DNA of 64,000 nt, taken from contig CM052817.1 of NCBI GenBank assembly GCA_028534125.1, forward strand, positions 34,164,001 to 34,228,000, written 5' to 3'. The notes below the pieces were generated by a model, which worked only from the letters and a program-made list of their open reading frames with translations, did no database searches and had not been told where the DNA came from. Each line of letters opens with the position of its first letter. The first letter of the stretch is position 1. Source of the stretch: Lama glama (taxonomy: Eukaryota). The position numbers and the translations under genes are program-made. Below, one piece after another: positions 50,001 through 63,680 of this stretch.

Positions 50001-51559
50001 CCCTGAACACAGAGAAGAGCAGGAAGCAAAGAAAGAAATGGATGGGAGAGCAGCGAGGCAGTGCCCGTCTGGAGAAGCAGGGAGGAGAAAGAAGCGGGGA
50101 GAATGGGAGGTGGCGGGACCACGACGTAAAATCCAGTGGCCACCACTTTGTCTCTGAGGCCTCAGCGTCTTCGTGACCCAATGGAGGTCGAGTCCTGACA
50201 CTTAGCCACTCTAGCCAGGTAATCCTGCATCAGAACTGTGGGAACCACAGTGATCTGTCTTCGGTGACTTCGTAAGATGGAGAGGGGCGTGAGCAACCCA
50301 GCCAGGTGTGTTCTGGGGACCTTGGGTTGACTTGTGACCTCTGGGCAGAGAGCTTAAAGTCCTGTCCTGCACGTTCTTGGCCTCCATCCTTTTCTCCCAG
50401 TGCCAAGTCCAGCGGCTAGGGCTTCAGGAAGAGACTCCTCATCTTAGAAGTGACCTCCTCCAAGGCTATGGAAACAAGACAACAGAGCTTGTGGTGGCAG
50501 GAAGGACTGCAGGAACAGGGAGGGGCGCTAGTGGAGACCCTGGGTAAAGTCTTTATTTAATCGGTGCTGTGACCTGGGGGTTGCCTTCTCTGAGCTGTGG
50601 GGATGGGAACCACTCCTGCTCACCGCTGGCCCCCGGGGCAGGCAGAGGTGAGGGGATGGCCTCTCCTTGTTGTGCTCCCCAAAGGAAGCTTGGCCTTGAC
50701 ATCCAGCTTACACCTCTTGACAGTATAGGACCAAACTCTAGTCAGCGTCTCTCACCCCTGGAACCGGAGATTCTTACACCAAGAATTATCTTTTATTTGA
50801 ACTTGGCTTGAGAAAATGCAGAAATGTCTCCCACCAGGAGACCGTCTTCACCGTGTGTAACCCCTGGAGCAGAACAAGATCTCGGTTAGGACCACCCATC
50901 AGACTCTGAGGCACATGTGCGTAAATGCATTCGTACATGAAACAGCTGCCCCTTCCACAGGACTGACCTCTACGGCTCCAAGGACATATTCTTTGAGATG
51001 TAATGTGAATGCTACAGATCTGTCCCACCTTGACATTCCTTTGAACTTCGTGAATTCCTTTTTACTCTTTTAACACTGTACTGGCAGGGGATTTGGAAGG
51101 CAAAAATGAGCGGTGACTATTTCAAAGCACTGTCCACATAAAATCCGGAGGATGGGGGAGGTGCCTCCCCGGGGACCACTCTTTGAGGGAGAGCTGTCCA
51201 TATCAAAGGACAAAGTACTTGAACAACCCATCCCAAATCACAGCTGCCCACTGTCCATCTGGAGCGTCCCCGGAGGACTCCTCTCAACGTCTCCATTCAA
51301 GGGCCGCTTGTATTGCTGACTTAACGATTATCATCTTCCTGCTTCTCGCCTGTGTGCTTAGACGGTGTTGAAAGGTTCTTGCTGCTCACATTTCTTCTTT
51401 CCCTTTGCGTTGCTCTTTTTAGGGATGCAACCGGAATGGAGCAACAGGGATCGGGAGGCGGAAAGACTCTCTCGAGTTCCATCTAGGTGAAATTCATGTT
51501 TACGACACTGAATATGTTTTGTCTTTGGAAGCATTTGTGGATGGTCCCCTAAGTGCCAA

Positions 51560-52280
51560 GTGTGAAATAAATACTGAGAGACTAGAATGAAGGAGGCATG
51601 GCCCCTGCTTTTCAGGAGCTCGGAGGCTGGCTGGGGAGATGGCCAACTGTGAGTGCGTGGCCACTGTGAGTCCAGGGTGTCGGGGAGGGACCCGCCTGTT
51701 GTTCCTGGTGCCAGGATAAGGCTGCAGAAAGAGAACAACCTATGAGCTGGAGTCTTGAAGGGTGAGGAGCTGAGCGCAGAGGTCGGGGGAGGCTTCTCTG
51801 GAGGCACAGAGAGCAGCTGGACGAGGACTGGAGGGGCAGGAGCTCGTGGCGTGCTTAGTGCCAGGCCTGTCAGCCAGAGCCAGAGCCCAGGGTGAGGCCT
51901 TCGGGGCTGATCGTCCTGGTAACCACGCATCAGTAGATCCTGAAGAATAACCTGACTGTGTCCAGGCCCTAGGAGTACGGTTGAAACGCTGGAGGACTTG
52001 GGAAAGGAATTGTCCACGGCGAGTCTCTGGCATTTGTATTTGTGCTAAACTCTTACTTACATGCCAGGCGGTCCACTAAGCATGCTATATGCGGCAACCT
52101 TCCTGAAACCCTCTAATTCCCCTGTGGGTAGGTGTTATGCGTCCACAGCCTCTTTTACAGAGGAGGAAACAGGTTTAGCAATTTAAATAATTTTATCAAA
52201 ACTGTACAGCAAATATGTACCAGAGCCAGGTTTTGAGGTCAGGTGAATATGAGTCCAGCTCTCCTGTTCTCAACCACTTT
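51560..52280 (-). mobile_element. L2 fragment followed by MIR
   Basis: 'catggcccctgcttttcaggagctc', 'gagctggagtcttgaaggg'; MIR 'ttttacagaggaggaaacagg'. Confidence 0.6.
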
Positions 52281-52969
52281 GCCTTTGTAAGGGGAGTCAT
52301 GGGGCATGGTCTTCCACTGATGAATCGTGTTGTGATTTATCTCAATTTTACAGCCCAGGTCGTATTTTGGAGACTCCAGGACTCCTGCTAATCAGGATCG
52401 GGGAATTTTATCCAATATCACACAAGGGATTAATTACCTTAAGCTTAGATAAGGAGTGCCTCTCCTAAGAAACAGGAAGATTAAGGTTTTTAATTTGGGA
52501 GAGTGATAGCAACTTATCTCAGATCAGCAGGGGGTCTCCAGGAAGGAGACCTGGACATTCCTAAGGCAGAGCTCCCTGTTCACCAGGCTTCCCCGTCTCT
52601 AGTCCTCTTGTGGGCTGGTACTCCGGTCCCTGCTGCCAACAAACAGATGCACATTTAAAGCAGATCGGGGCCGATTAGGACTGTGGTATAAGAGAAAAAT
52701 AGTCTCCGCCTTGTAAAGTACTAGACAGAGCCGAGAATCGGATATCGAAAGGCAGATGCATCCTGTCATCAGAGCTTCATTCACCTTGGAATTCAAGCTT
52801 TTGCCCCCAAGTCAGGATTTTGATGATCTTCCCAAGTTCTTACATAGAGTTTTAAATTTGGTAATTCAGCTCTTTCAAGCTAGAATGCTTTACTGAGCGC
52901 AAAAGAAAGCTGAGAGTTACAAGGAAAAAAAAATCAGCCTCACCTTTGAATCTTCTTTAGAAAACCTTA

Positions 52970-53270
52970 TTCATTTATTCATTCATTCATTTCATTCAAC
53001 AGATTCGGATGGAGAATCTCCACGTACCGGGTTAAGGTGTAATACCAACCGTGAGACCCGATGCTAGCCCTTGAGGAATGCGCGCGCCCTTTTGGATGAG
53101 AAACAGGTGAATAGCAATTACAATCCCCAGCGACAAGAGCCACCATTTGTACGCGGTTTTTTTTTTTTAAACGCACATGGGGTGACCACCCAGCAGAGAA
53201 TAGGGTTGAGGAAAGATCATGGAAGACTTCTTGGAAGTGGTGAAATCTGAGTCCTGAAGGCTCAATCTTC
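52970..53270 (-). mobile_element. L2 3' end
   Basis: (ATTC)n reverse tail and 'ggaagacttcttggaagtggtgaaatctgagtcctgaagg'. Confidence 0.65.
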
Positions 53271-56200
53271 AGGAGCATTTAACTCACACGTTAGTCAATC
53301 CTCCCTTAAAACCTGTAAAACCAAATTGTGTGCCCATGCATGTACCTGGACAATAAAAACATACACAATATTGGTAACAGATTATGGGCAATTTCACTTT
53401 CAAAGCAAAGATCAAAAGTTACACGCAATACAGCGGAACACATAACGAAATAGACTCTTACATTAGGGAGGAGGAAAGCTTAGCATGCGTGGTCTCTTCT
53501 GGTCCAGCAGTCATTTCAAAGTCGGACGCTAGGTGGTGGTCTTTGCATAGTTTGCTATCTCTGCCATCGCCTGGAAAGAGCCAGCCAGCGAACGTTCACC
53601 CTTTCCAGGAAATGCAAAACTCTGACTACAGGCATTGTGCAAGTGATTTTATAGGAAGGAATAATGCCTTTCATGGTGCCCTGTCCCTACAATGAACAAT
53701 AAGTTTATCTTACGTTAAAACAAATATATTCTTGAAGACAGTCCCATCTGTGATGATGTGGACCACCAGGACAGACTCTCCCCCGCCCTTTCAGCCAAGC
53801 TGTTTAGTAAAGGCAGCAAAATGCCTCTGGATAATGGAGCCAGGACTTCATATTGAAGAGTCCCCAGGCAACTGTGACCTATCCCTCAACTTCACAGTCT
53901 CCAAGGAGGAGAAGCTTGCATCTTGGGAGAAGTTGTTAGAAAACTTCAGCACCCATGTCACCTTGATACAGAATGCCTGCCTCCCCCTCCGTTAGTAGAA
54001 AAATACTTTATTAGAGGATTAGAGGCACTATGCAGAGCACGTTAAGCTCCTTGAATTAAAGGAATTATGAGAATACCAGATGTTAGCAGTGAGTCTCAAA
54101 GATGACAAGGTTAAGGGGACACCTAACCTCTTAAAGCCATTCTCATAAGATGTCAAGACTGTGATAGCACAAGGGGAAAAGGAACAAGGAGACAGTTACA
54201 ACTGAGAGTATTTTAGGCAAACAGTTACGTTATAGGGGAGGGGTATGTAGATTTCATTTATTATACATAAAAGGAATGGAAAAATTTTTTGATGTTGAAA
54301 ACTAGAAGTCAGCAAGACGCTAAGCAGAGAATAGAAAAGGAGAAAATGATTTACTCTTGATAATATTTTGGGCAACAGGTCATTTATCTCCGGTTTCCAA
54401 ACACTGGTCTCAGAACCAGTCCCGATCCATGACAGGGCTGCACTGGTCTGTGAGGAAACGAGGGAAAGAAGGACATCGTAAAGGGTTTTCAAAAAGCAAA
54501 ATATGTTGAATTTACAGGATTTGCTTTCACTCTTAGACTAGATCTTTTCTATCTTTCTAAAGTGAAGAAAAGCCTTTCTTCTGTGAGGATCACCATAGAG
54601 CTGTTTATGTGTTACTTTGTTGTTTTGTTGTTAGTCTTAATGACACCCACTCTGTGGGTCCTGAAATGTGGTTTTGGAAATGTCACTGGTCTGAGAAATC
54701 CAGAGGGCTGAGGACTGCTGAATCAGCAGCCCACTGGAGAGACAGTTAGCCAGGTGTTATTCACTGGTTTGTTCAACTCGTTTCGGCCTCCTGTGGGCCA
54801 GGCCCTGCGCTGGGCCATGGGGGGTGAGCAGCGGGCCAGACTGGCACGGCCCCATCCATCCGTGATGCCCCTGGTGCAGCTGCAGGAATAGATAAGGTGC
54901 TGAGGGGGATGGAAGGAAGGAGTCTATGAAGGCTGACGGCATATGAGTCTTGAAATTGCACATGGGATCATTTTTAATATCTTACATAAAGTTTGGCGCT
55001 CTGTTTCTTAAAAGTCATCTTGAGATGAACAACATTTCTCTCCTGCAACAGTCGAGTAAGTGGAGGTTACTACTGAGTTACTCAGGAGACACGTCTCCAT
55101 CCCCGCTCGATAGTTGCCAGGCTCTCTCTCCAACTCAGCACTGAGTCTGAGTCCTGCTCCCTATACAGTCCCCACAAAAGGCACCCTCTAAAGACGGAGC
55201 CCCAGGGTTCGCCTACTGAATATCCACACCTGTCCTGAAAGGTAGGCGCGGACAGGAGGTTTCTCACCACGCTGTGGAAGGAGGAAAAGTCCGTTTATGA
55301 GACCTGTGATCACTCTCCTTTCCGATGTGTGCAGACATCCCCGAGAACATTTTGAGACTCTTGGGATCATTGCCTTGTATTTGGAACTCATGCCAGCTGC
55401 TCTCTGGGTCTCCAGTCTTCCACGGTCAAATCAGCAGGAGGAGTTTAGATGGAGAAGTTTGATAGAACCTGACAGCACTTGTGCTGGTTTCCATGGTGAC
55501 ATGCGGAGTACTTACTGGTCCTCAAAGACCAATAACATGAATAATTAGAATTAATTATTACAGGGCTGCCTAGACTAGAATATAGGGGTCTGAGTTAAGA
55601 AAAATTTTTATATCCTCTGCTTCTGGAACAAAAGTAATAGATACAGATACCTAAAAGGAGGCTTAAGAGTAATGTGTAGTAGTTTTCTTTATACAAAAAT
55701 CAAAACATACAGAGATTGGCTATAAATATTTATAAATCAGAGAATTGTTTCAATGCATTACCTGGAGCCTGACTTTACAAGATTTTCAGGCCCTTTAGGG
55801 AAGTATTACAGTACAAATACAACCTAATTAATTCTTTCACTATGACTTAGTTCCCTTAACTATGCACCTGTGTGCCTTGCTTTATGCTTTTAATTCACTT
55901 GTATCTACAATATACCTTTTAGCCCGAATCCATCTGGCCAGCTTGGGCCCCTCTGAACCAGTGTGGGCTGCCAGCAGCTGTGAACGGTGGTGAGCGGTGT
56001 CCTCAGCACCACATTGCATCTGCAGAATTTGGTCCAGAGGCATCCCTCCTATATCTCTAGATGCCCTGGCTGGATCCCACAGATCAACTTTGCACACATC
56101 TCTGTTCACGACTATGTGGAAGTCACTGTGGTCCTGGCATCTGACAAGGTAAACAGGATTCTCTAACTGCTCATCCACCTCTGACCACCAGCCTCCACAC

Positions 56201-56539
56201 TCTCCTTCTGCCTGGCCTCTTCCATGCGTAGATCTGTCCCAATGCCCCTTTGCAATTATTTCTTCCATAACCAATTTCCCAGAGGCCAGCCGTGAATGGT
56301 AAGTCCTGGGACCACCTTCTTTGAGACCACCCTTAAGACAGCCTCACCAGACACCGACTGGCGCAGCAGGAGGGTCTGGATCAGAGTCACCCTCCACTTT
56401 GATTCCTTCCCACCTTCCTCCCCCACCCCTTCCTTTTTTTGTACATTCAATGTTGGATCTCGAATTAAAATCCTCAGCTTATGATGCATCATCTCCATTG
56501 AGCTGCGGGGCTCCTTTCCATACCTTTCTGGCGTGTGTG

Positions 56540-58860
56540 TAATTATATATTTCTCGTGAAACAAATATTGATGTCTAGTCTGCAGGTATTTTTAACGTAT
56601 GCAAATCATATCGCACTGTATGCCTCATTCTGTCTCTCACTTTTTCACTCAGCACTCTGGTTTCGAGGTCTTTTCATGTTGCTACACATATACCAAGTCT
56701 CAGTTAATGACTATATGATACTCTCCAGAGAGCATCCACCACAAATGCTTCCCCCATCCTCCCAGTGAGGGATTCCCCAATGGCCTCCACTTCCCTGAAA
56801 AACAATAAACATCTTCGTATATGTCCCCTTATGGACCTTTGTCAGATTTTCTCTGGCAAGGACACCCAGATACCCTGCCCACGACAAACCTCTGGCTTCC
56901 CCAGCAGGATGGCTGGGTCAGAGGATAGGCTTCATCCTAATGCGACCAAGTTGGGCCAGTGGCTATCCAACATGGCTGCACCAGCCCACATGCCCACCAG
57001 CAGGACATGACCTCCTCACCTCTGCACAGCGCTTATCATGAGCTCCTGCTTTGTAATCTGTGCTAATCCAATGTGTGTAAAGGGATAGCTTTTGTTCTCA
57101 TTTGCATTTCTTGCAAACCTCAGTGAGCTGAGTATCTCATCATAACCAGATACCCTTTTATGTTTTCTCTTCTTATAAGTCAAATTTAAAAAAAAAAAGT
57201 TTAATGGAGGTACTGGGGCTTGAACCCAGGACCTTGTGCATGCTTAACAAATGCTCTACCACTGAGCTATACCCTCCCCTGATTCTTCTGACTGCATATT
57301 TGTCAGAATTCCCAAATTCCCTATCTGTTCTCTGTGGTTATTTTCATTGAACAGAAAAGCTTGTCTGTGATGTAATCAAAACCATCAATTTTAGCCTCAT
57401 AGTTTGTGCCTTGGGCTTTTGTTTGAAAAGTTTGCTCCCATCTCTGAGTCACAAGAATATTCTCCATGTATCCATCTTCTGTTAATGTTACATCTTTACC
57501 CTTCGTGTTTCTACGTCTTGATCTAGCTCGAGTCCACCCATGTATGTGGTCTTAGGCAGGAATACAGTTCTCTCTCTGAGCCCCGTTGTGTTTCACTGGC
57601 CTGTTTGTTCTTTCATCAGACCTGTACCACTTTATTACTGTGACTTTGTGGTCAGGCAAGTCCCCATTCCTCCACTCTTTGCTCTTCTTTTTCAAAGTTG
57701 ACTTGGTTACTCATGGGTCGTTAAACTTCCTTATCAGATTTACATAAAACTGTTGGGTTTCTAAAAAGAAAATCTGGCTGGAATTTCATTGGGATCTCAG
57801 TGAATTGATGGACTTCTTTGCTAAGAGCTGACATCTTTATTAAGTTATGCCATTTAGGAGCATGGGATCACTCTTCATGTATTCACATCTTACTTGTATC
57901 TCTTAATACAGTTTCATGTTTTCTCCACGGAGATTCTAAGTAGTCATTTCTTAATCAAATTGTTTCAATAACTGTTGTTTTATAATACTTCTACATTTCT
58001 GGTAAATCTAGTTCCTCCTTCTTGTCCTTTTCTCTTCAGAATATTCCTAGCTAGTCTTTAAAGGAGTTTGTGTATTTATAACCTTCATATAGATTTTGTT
58101 TTTGCAACTTGATGAATATTCCATCAGATGAATATTGCATACCCACGTACCGGAGAGATCGCTAAGTCTTCTTTGATAAATTAGTCCCTAGGAACTTTAT
58201 CCTTTCTGTTTTTGCTATGAAGCATATCCTATTTTTAAGAAATATATTTCTTATATCTATAGTTGTTACTGGTATAGAGAAATGCTACTGATTTTTTGAG
58301 TTGTATCTGGCAACCTTGCTGATCTCTTATCTTTTCCAATAGTTGGTTGATTATTCTAATGGTTTTCTATATGGATGATCTTGTCCACAGCAAATGACAA
58401 TTCTTTTCCCTTCAAATCCTTTTGCATGCTATTCAATTTCTTTTCTTCCAGGGCAGTTGCCCAGGACTCCCGATATTAAGTTAAACAGCAGCAGTAAGAG
58501 TGAGCATCCTGTCTACTTCCCAGTCTTAGACGGAGTTCCTCTAGAATTTCTCCATCAAACATCATGTTTTCTGTAGATATTTGCCATATGACCTTTCTAA
58601 AATAAGGATATTTCCTTCTAGATCTGATTTTCTAAGAGTATTTTATTTTTAATCATACATAGTTATTGAATTTTATCAGTGCTTTTTATGGTTCTATTAC
58701 AATAATTGTATAGTTTTTCTCCTTTAGTCTAATGTGGTAAGTTACATTGCTTGATTTTCTGATGTTGAATCATCCTTGCTTTCCTGGAGGTAAAAATTTC
58801 CTTAATAGTGTATTATCATTGTCATAATATAAATGATGATGATGATAAATTGATATAGTT
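56540..58860 (-). mobile_element. Old L1 (L1M/L1ME-like), degenerate
   Basis: Reverse ORF2/3' motifs: 'tttgttctcatttgcatttc', 'tgatgtaatcaaaaccatcaattt', 'ggtatagagaaatgctactgattttt', 'gattttctgatgttgaatcatccttg'. Confidence 0.8.
57200..57279 (-). mobile_element. Vic-1-like SINE (tRNA-related head) inserted in old L1
   Basis: 'tggaggtactggggcttgaacccaggaccttgtgcatgctt...ctctaccactgagctataccctcccc'. Confidence 0.9.
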
Positions 58861-58887
58861 AGATTGGCCTCACTAATATTTTTAAAG

Positions 58888-59780
58888 GCATTTTTTTTAG
58901 AGCAGCTTTAGGCTCACAGCAAAACTGAGCAGAAAGTACAGCGTTCCCATATATCTCTTGTCTCTACACATGCATAGCCTCCCCCTCCCCCCACCGATAT
59001 CAACCCTCCCTCCTCACCTGCTGGAATGGTACACTTACTACAACTGATGAACACATATTGACACATTGTAATCACCCAAAGTCCGCAGTTTACATTCTCA
59101 TTCACTCTTGGTGTTGTACATTCTGTGGGTTTGGACAAATGTATAATGACATGTATCCATGTATCCATCATTACAGTCTCAAACAGAGTATTTTTACTGT
59201 CCTAAAACTCCTCTGTGCTCTGCCTATGTATCTCCCCACTGCACCACAACCTCTGGCAACCACTGATCCTTCTACCATCTCACAGTTTTGCCTTTTCCAG
59301 GATGTCATAGAGTTGGAACCATACAGTCTGCAGCCTTCTCAGATTGGCGTCTTTCACTTAGCAATATACATTTAATGTCCCTCCATGTTTTTTCATGGTT
59401 TGATAGCTTATTTCTTTTTAGTACTATGTAATATTCCATTGTTTGAATGTACCAAAGTTTATTTGTTCATTTACCTTTTAAAGGACATTTTGGTTGCTTC
59501 CAAGTTTGGGCAATTATAAGTGAAACAGCTATAAAACTCTGTGTGCTGGTTTTGTGTGGACATAAGTTTTCAACTCCTTTAGGTAAGTACCAGAAAGTAC
59601 AAATGCTGAGTCATATGGTAAGAGTGTGTTTATAAGAAAACAACAAACTGTCTTCCAAAGTGGCCATATTATTTTGCATTTCCACCAGCAAAGAATGAGT
59701 TTCTATTGCTCCACATCTTTGCCAGTATTTGTTGTTATCCGTGTTCTGGATTTTGGCCATTCTTACAGGTGTGTACTGAA
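58888..59780 (-). mobile_element. L1 3' end (L1MC-like)
   Basis: 'ttttttagagcagctttaggctcacagcaaaactgagcagaaagtacag', extending to the ORF2 end 'tttgcatttccaccagcaaagaatgagt'. Confidence 0.85.
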
Positions 59781-59799
59781 AATATCTTTTTAACAAAGG

Positions 59800-60525
59800 A
59801 ATAACCCTGCTCCCCTACTCAAAGTCTTCTGCTGCCTTCCCATCACAATTACACTCAAACTCCGCACCATAGCCTGTTAGGAAAGTGACCATATAATTTA
59901 TCTATCCAAACCAGGCAATTCTGAGACTAAATAGAGGCTCTATATGTAATGATGCCTGGAAAAATGGACACCTCACACCTAACCCTTTCCCTGATCCCTC
60001 AGCTCCAGCCACACTGGCCGTGTTGCTATTTTCAGTGGTTCCCACATTTAAAGCTTTTACATGGCAAAAACTGGATAAGGATGTATGAAATGCCTAGTAT
60101 GTGTCAGGCACTGTATCTGGGGATACAGTGAACAAAGCACAGTTTCTACTTTCATGGGGTTCACATTCTAGAAGGTCTTTCCATCTAGAAGACTTCCCCC
60201 AACTTCTCACATGGCTCATCCACTGACATCATTCAGATATTTGTTCAAATGTCCTCGAAAAGGTCCTCCCTGAATATCCCACCCAGAGTAGCCTGCCCCC
60301 ACCACCCCATCAGTCTCTGTCGTCTGGCCCTAACTCATTATTTCTCATCGGTACCTGAAATTTTATTAGTCAGTCGTTTTGTTTTCTTATAGTCTGTCTC
60401 TGCCTTAGAATGTTAGCTTCAAGAAGGCCAGGATTTTGCCTACCTTAGTCACTGCTAAATCCCCAGATCCTGGACCACTTCCTGCACCATCAGTCAGTTA
60501 TTATTTGTCTAATAAATAAATAATG
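59800..60525 (+). mobile_element. L2 3' region with nested fragments (MER81/94-like at about 59880-59970; reverse L2 at about 60085-60170)
   Basis: 'ctccagccacactggcc', 'tcattcagatatttgttcaaatgtc', 'agaatgttagcttcaagaaggccagg'. Confidence 0.65.
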
Positions 60526-61809
60526 AACCATCCACTGGGGACATTTCACACAGACAAGACTTTCCCTTTGGGAACATTTACCTATGTTTTTCAAGAGTAT
60601 TTAATAATAGTAAATTCTACTGAGACATCTAAAGAGAGTGTCCCTATCACAACAATTTCTTTAAAAAAAAAAAACAAACTTCTCATGCTTTCCCCTAAAT
60701 GACAGAGATCCTCACTCTGCAATAAAAATTGGATGACACAGGAGAATCCGCAAGTAATTCTGAACTCTCTTGGCATCACTAAAACCTAGACTGAAAGCAC
60801 ATGTGTGAAAGAGTTAAGTCCTTTTTCTGGGGTCTTCCACCGCAGATTTATCCACCCGTCTCCCCACTAAAATGCTGGACTTTTGCAACTGCAAAGGAAG
60901 CACTTGCAAGGGAGCCCTGTCTTCCCCGAACGCTTTCCGTGCTGAAGCCTGCGCCGTGAGGGTTTGTCAGGGATGTCTCCTCCTGCGGCCAAAGTCCAAC
61001 TGGCTGGAGTTTTTTCAGGGTATTGTCTGTGTGCTCCCAAAAGCTCTCCGTAGATAACATGCGTGTGAGAACAAGCTGTAATTATGAAATAATGAAAACA
61101 ATTTTTCTGTAGAACTTATGGATATTATTCTCATGAAGATTGTCCAGTCAGATGTTTTTCCTTCATTCTGCCAAGTTTCTCAGAAATTTAATTAAAAATG
61201 GCTTTGATGGTGTGTATCCAAGGGAAACCAGTTCCTGGCTTCAAAGAAGGAAGAAATGAACACTTAGCGCTATGATGCACCAAGAGAGCACAGGTAGGGG
61301 TTTGAACTAGTTTGCAGGCCAAATAGAGCCGATGGCTTAAAGAATTTGTTGAAAAAGACATTTTTGGGGAGTAGGGAATGTCATTTTATTCAATGTGACT
61401 TTTCAAGAGTTATGTGTCAAATACTCCCTGGAAAGTAATTCCTTGGAACCTTCCAGTTATCCAGCTTCTAGCATCCTGCGATCACAATTTCAATTAAAAT
61501 ACTTCTTAGAATGAATTTTATTTATTTCAATCCATGTCACCGGATCCCCAGGGCTGTCCTTTGTATTATTGTCCTAGACAGCAGTTTCATTTTGGTTGTA
61601 AGAATGCAGCTTGTGTTCAAATTCACCTGGAACAGGTTAAAGGTTTTCAACCAGCTGCCTGAAGCTCAGCAAGATACTTAACCTTCCTGTGATTCTGTTT
61701 GTGTCATCATAAAATGGGGCTCGCATTTCCTACCTGTCGGGATGCTGTGAAGAATGAATGTGATCATATGTGGGGATTTTTGCCAATTAGAGTTTGATAT
61801 GAGCACAGC

Positions 61810-62354
61810 CAGGGCCAAGGTGAGGCAAATGAGAAGAAAAATTTAACAAGAACCTAAAAAACGCAGCAATAAAAATAAAGCATATTTAAATACCATATTT
61901 AAATTTTTATTGAAGTATAGTCAGTTTACAGTGTGTCAGTTTCTGGTGTACAGCATAATGTTTCAGTCATGCATGTACATACATATATTTGTTTTCATAT
62001 TCTCTTTCATTATAGGTTACTACAGGATATTGAAAATAGTTCCCTGTGCTACACAGAATAGACTTCTTGTTTATGAGTTTTATATATAGTCGTTAATATT
62101 TGCAAATCTCAAAATCCCAGTTTATCCCGTCCCATCCCCTTCCCCACCCCCCACCCTGGTAACCATAAGTTTGTTTACTATGTCTGTGAGTCTGTTTCTG
62201 TTCTGCAAATTAGTTCATTGGTGTCTTCTTTTTTACTTTTTCAAGATTCTACATATGAGTGATATCATATTAAATACCATACATTTTAAAAGTCAAACTT
62301 CTAATGCAAAAAAAAAATCCATGATGAACAAAATATCAAAAACACTGACCCTGG
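61810..62354. mobile_element. hAT-Tip100 element (MER96B-like) split by L1
   Basis: 'cagggccaaggtgaggcaaatgag' left end; 'aaaaaatccatgatgaacaaaatatcaaa...gaccctg' right end. Confidence 0.6.
61898..62269 (-). mobile_element. 5'-truncated lineage-specific L1 3' end with TSD
   Basis: 'tttttattgaagtatagtcagtttaca...ggtgtacagcataatg'; TSD ttaaataccata at 61886-61897 and 62270-62281. Confidence 0.9.
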
Positions 62355-62374
62355 GCATGAAAATATGTTAGGTA

Positions 62375-62865
62375 GAGATATGAAGGACAGATATTTGACC
62401 AGCAGTCTTTGCTGTTCCGCACATTTTTAAGACTGCCCTTTGTTTTCAGCAACTGGTTTCAGAGCTGGGCTGCCATCTGCTTTAGCTTCCTCACTGTCTG
62501 TCATCTGGAAATTGTTCTCAACTTGCTGTTTGCTTGAACTCTTGCTTTCTCTTCCTTGCAGGTACATAGCTGGCTGACCAGTCTTTCGTTCTTCAAGTTC
62601 CTCCATTGTCCTGCAAGGGGCGCTCCGGTTCTTTGAAAAATGTCCTCTTTTAGCTCAAGATTTGGTCTTCTTTAACCTTGGTTTCTTGGTATTTGACGTC
62701 TGCGTCAAAGGTTGGCTTTTTCTAAGGCTCTCACGGTGATGCAATGATGTCAAAAGAAGCACCTGCTTTATGGGACACTCTCAGGTGGGTTTTCACATGG
62801 ACTTGCATCCACTCGTCCAGCCAGGTGACCAGCCCAGGCATACAACCTTTGGATTTCATGGAAAC
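62375..62865 (-). mobile_element. Ancient RTE-clade LINE remnant (L4/MamRTE-like), decayed ORF C-terminus
   Basis: Manual minus-strand translation across frames gives ...QRLYAWAGHLAGRVD..., PIKQVLL..., NRSAPCRTMEELEERK..., KDCWSNICPSY. These resemble the RTE motifs LRWAGH..RM, PKQLL, DRSAWR and the C-terminal zinc-finger motif, in the expected order. Confidence 0.5.
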
Positions 62866-63219
62866 ACAAAGGCAACCAATGTGTAAGTATGAAGCAAGTT
62901 TAGAAGTTTAGCACGTGTCCCTGACAGAATTTTCTCAAATTCTCCCCTCCTGTGCAAGCAGAGAGCATTCATTGATCTATTGTTACCACGATCATCAGAT
63001 CCCTGTTTCTACCCAAAGCTACTCTTTATTGCTTACTTACTATGCTTAGTTGCTATGCATACATTATCTCATCCAACTCTTACAACCTCCCTTTGGGTTA
63101 GGAATTATTAGTCCCTTTATGGATGAGGAGACACAGTCTTAACAGCTAGCAATAATAGGTTCATTCATTTATGCATTTGACAAATATTTACAAAGTTCTT
63201 ACAATGACTGAGGCTCTGT

Positions 63220-63680
63220 GTTAGTATCTTTGAGGCTAAGATATACTGCAACTAAACAGAAAGGGATTCATAAAAGGCTATATTGAGCAGCTCACAGGCT
63301 CTTGGGGAGATGTGGTTATGCCAACAGGGACAAAGCCTCAAGTCACTTCCCAGACTCAGTCTAGTGAGGAAGTCATCACCACTGACTCCACTGTCAGAGG
63401 CACTAGAAGGTGCCGCCAACACCGCCAGCACAGCCTGACTGCAGCCTCCACCAGAGGGCGCATTTGATGTCCTGGCTGCTCTGCATCATTAGCTGTCCAT
63501 TTGGGGCATCTGTTTGGAAGAACACAAGTCACATGTCCAAACCCCAGTTACAAAGAAGGCTGGGAATGTGAACGCCTGGGGATTTCTACAGTAAGTGTGG
63601 GGAGGGTGGGTCTTTAACAAAGACTCAATTCCCAAAATATGGAAAGGGTCTTTAGATGCTGGTACAGCCAAAATAATGAC
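63220..63680 (-). mobile_element. Old MaLR LTR (MLT1K/M/N-like)
   Basis: 'gggcatctgtttggaagaacacaagtcacatgtcc...aagaaggctgggaatgtgaacgcctgg'. Confidence 0.55.
63448..63461 (+). promoter_or_regulatory. CTCF core motif CCACCAGAGGGCGC
   Basis: Matches the CTCF core consensus, with CpG retained. Confidence 0.55.

Noticed and set aside
51358..52017. 219-aa minus-strand ORF
   Set aside because: Overlaps a GC-rich decayed L2 and has no recognisable protein motif.
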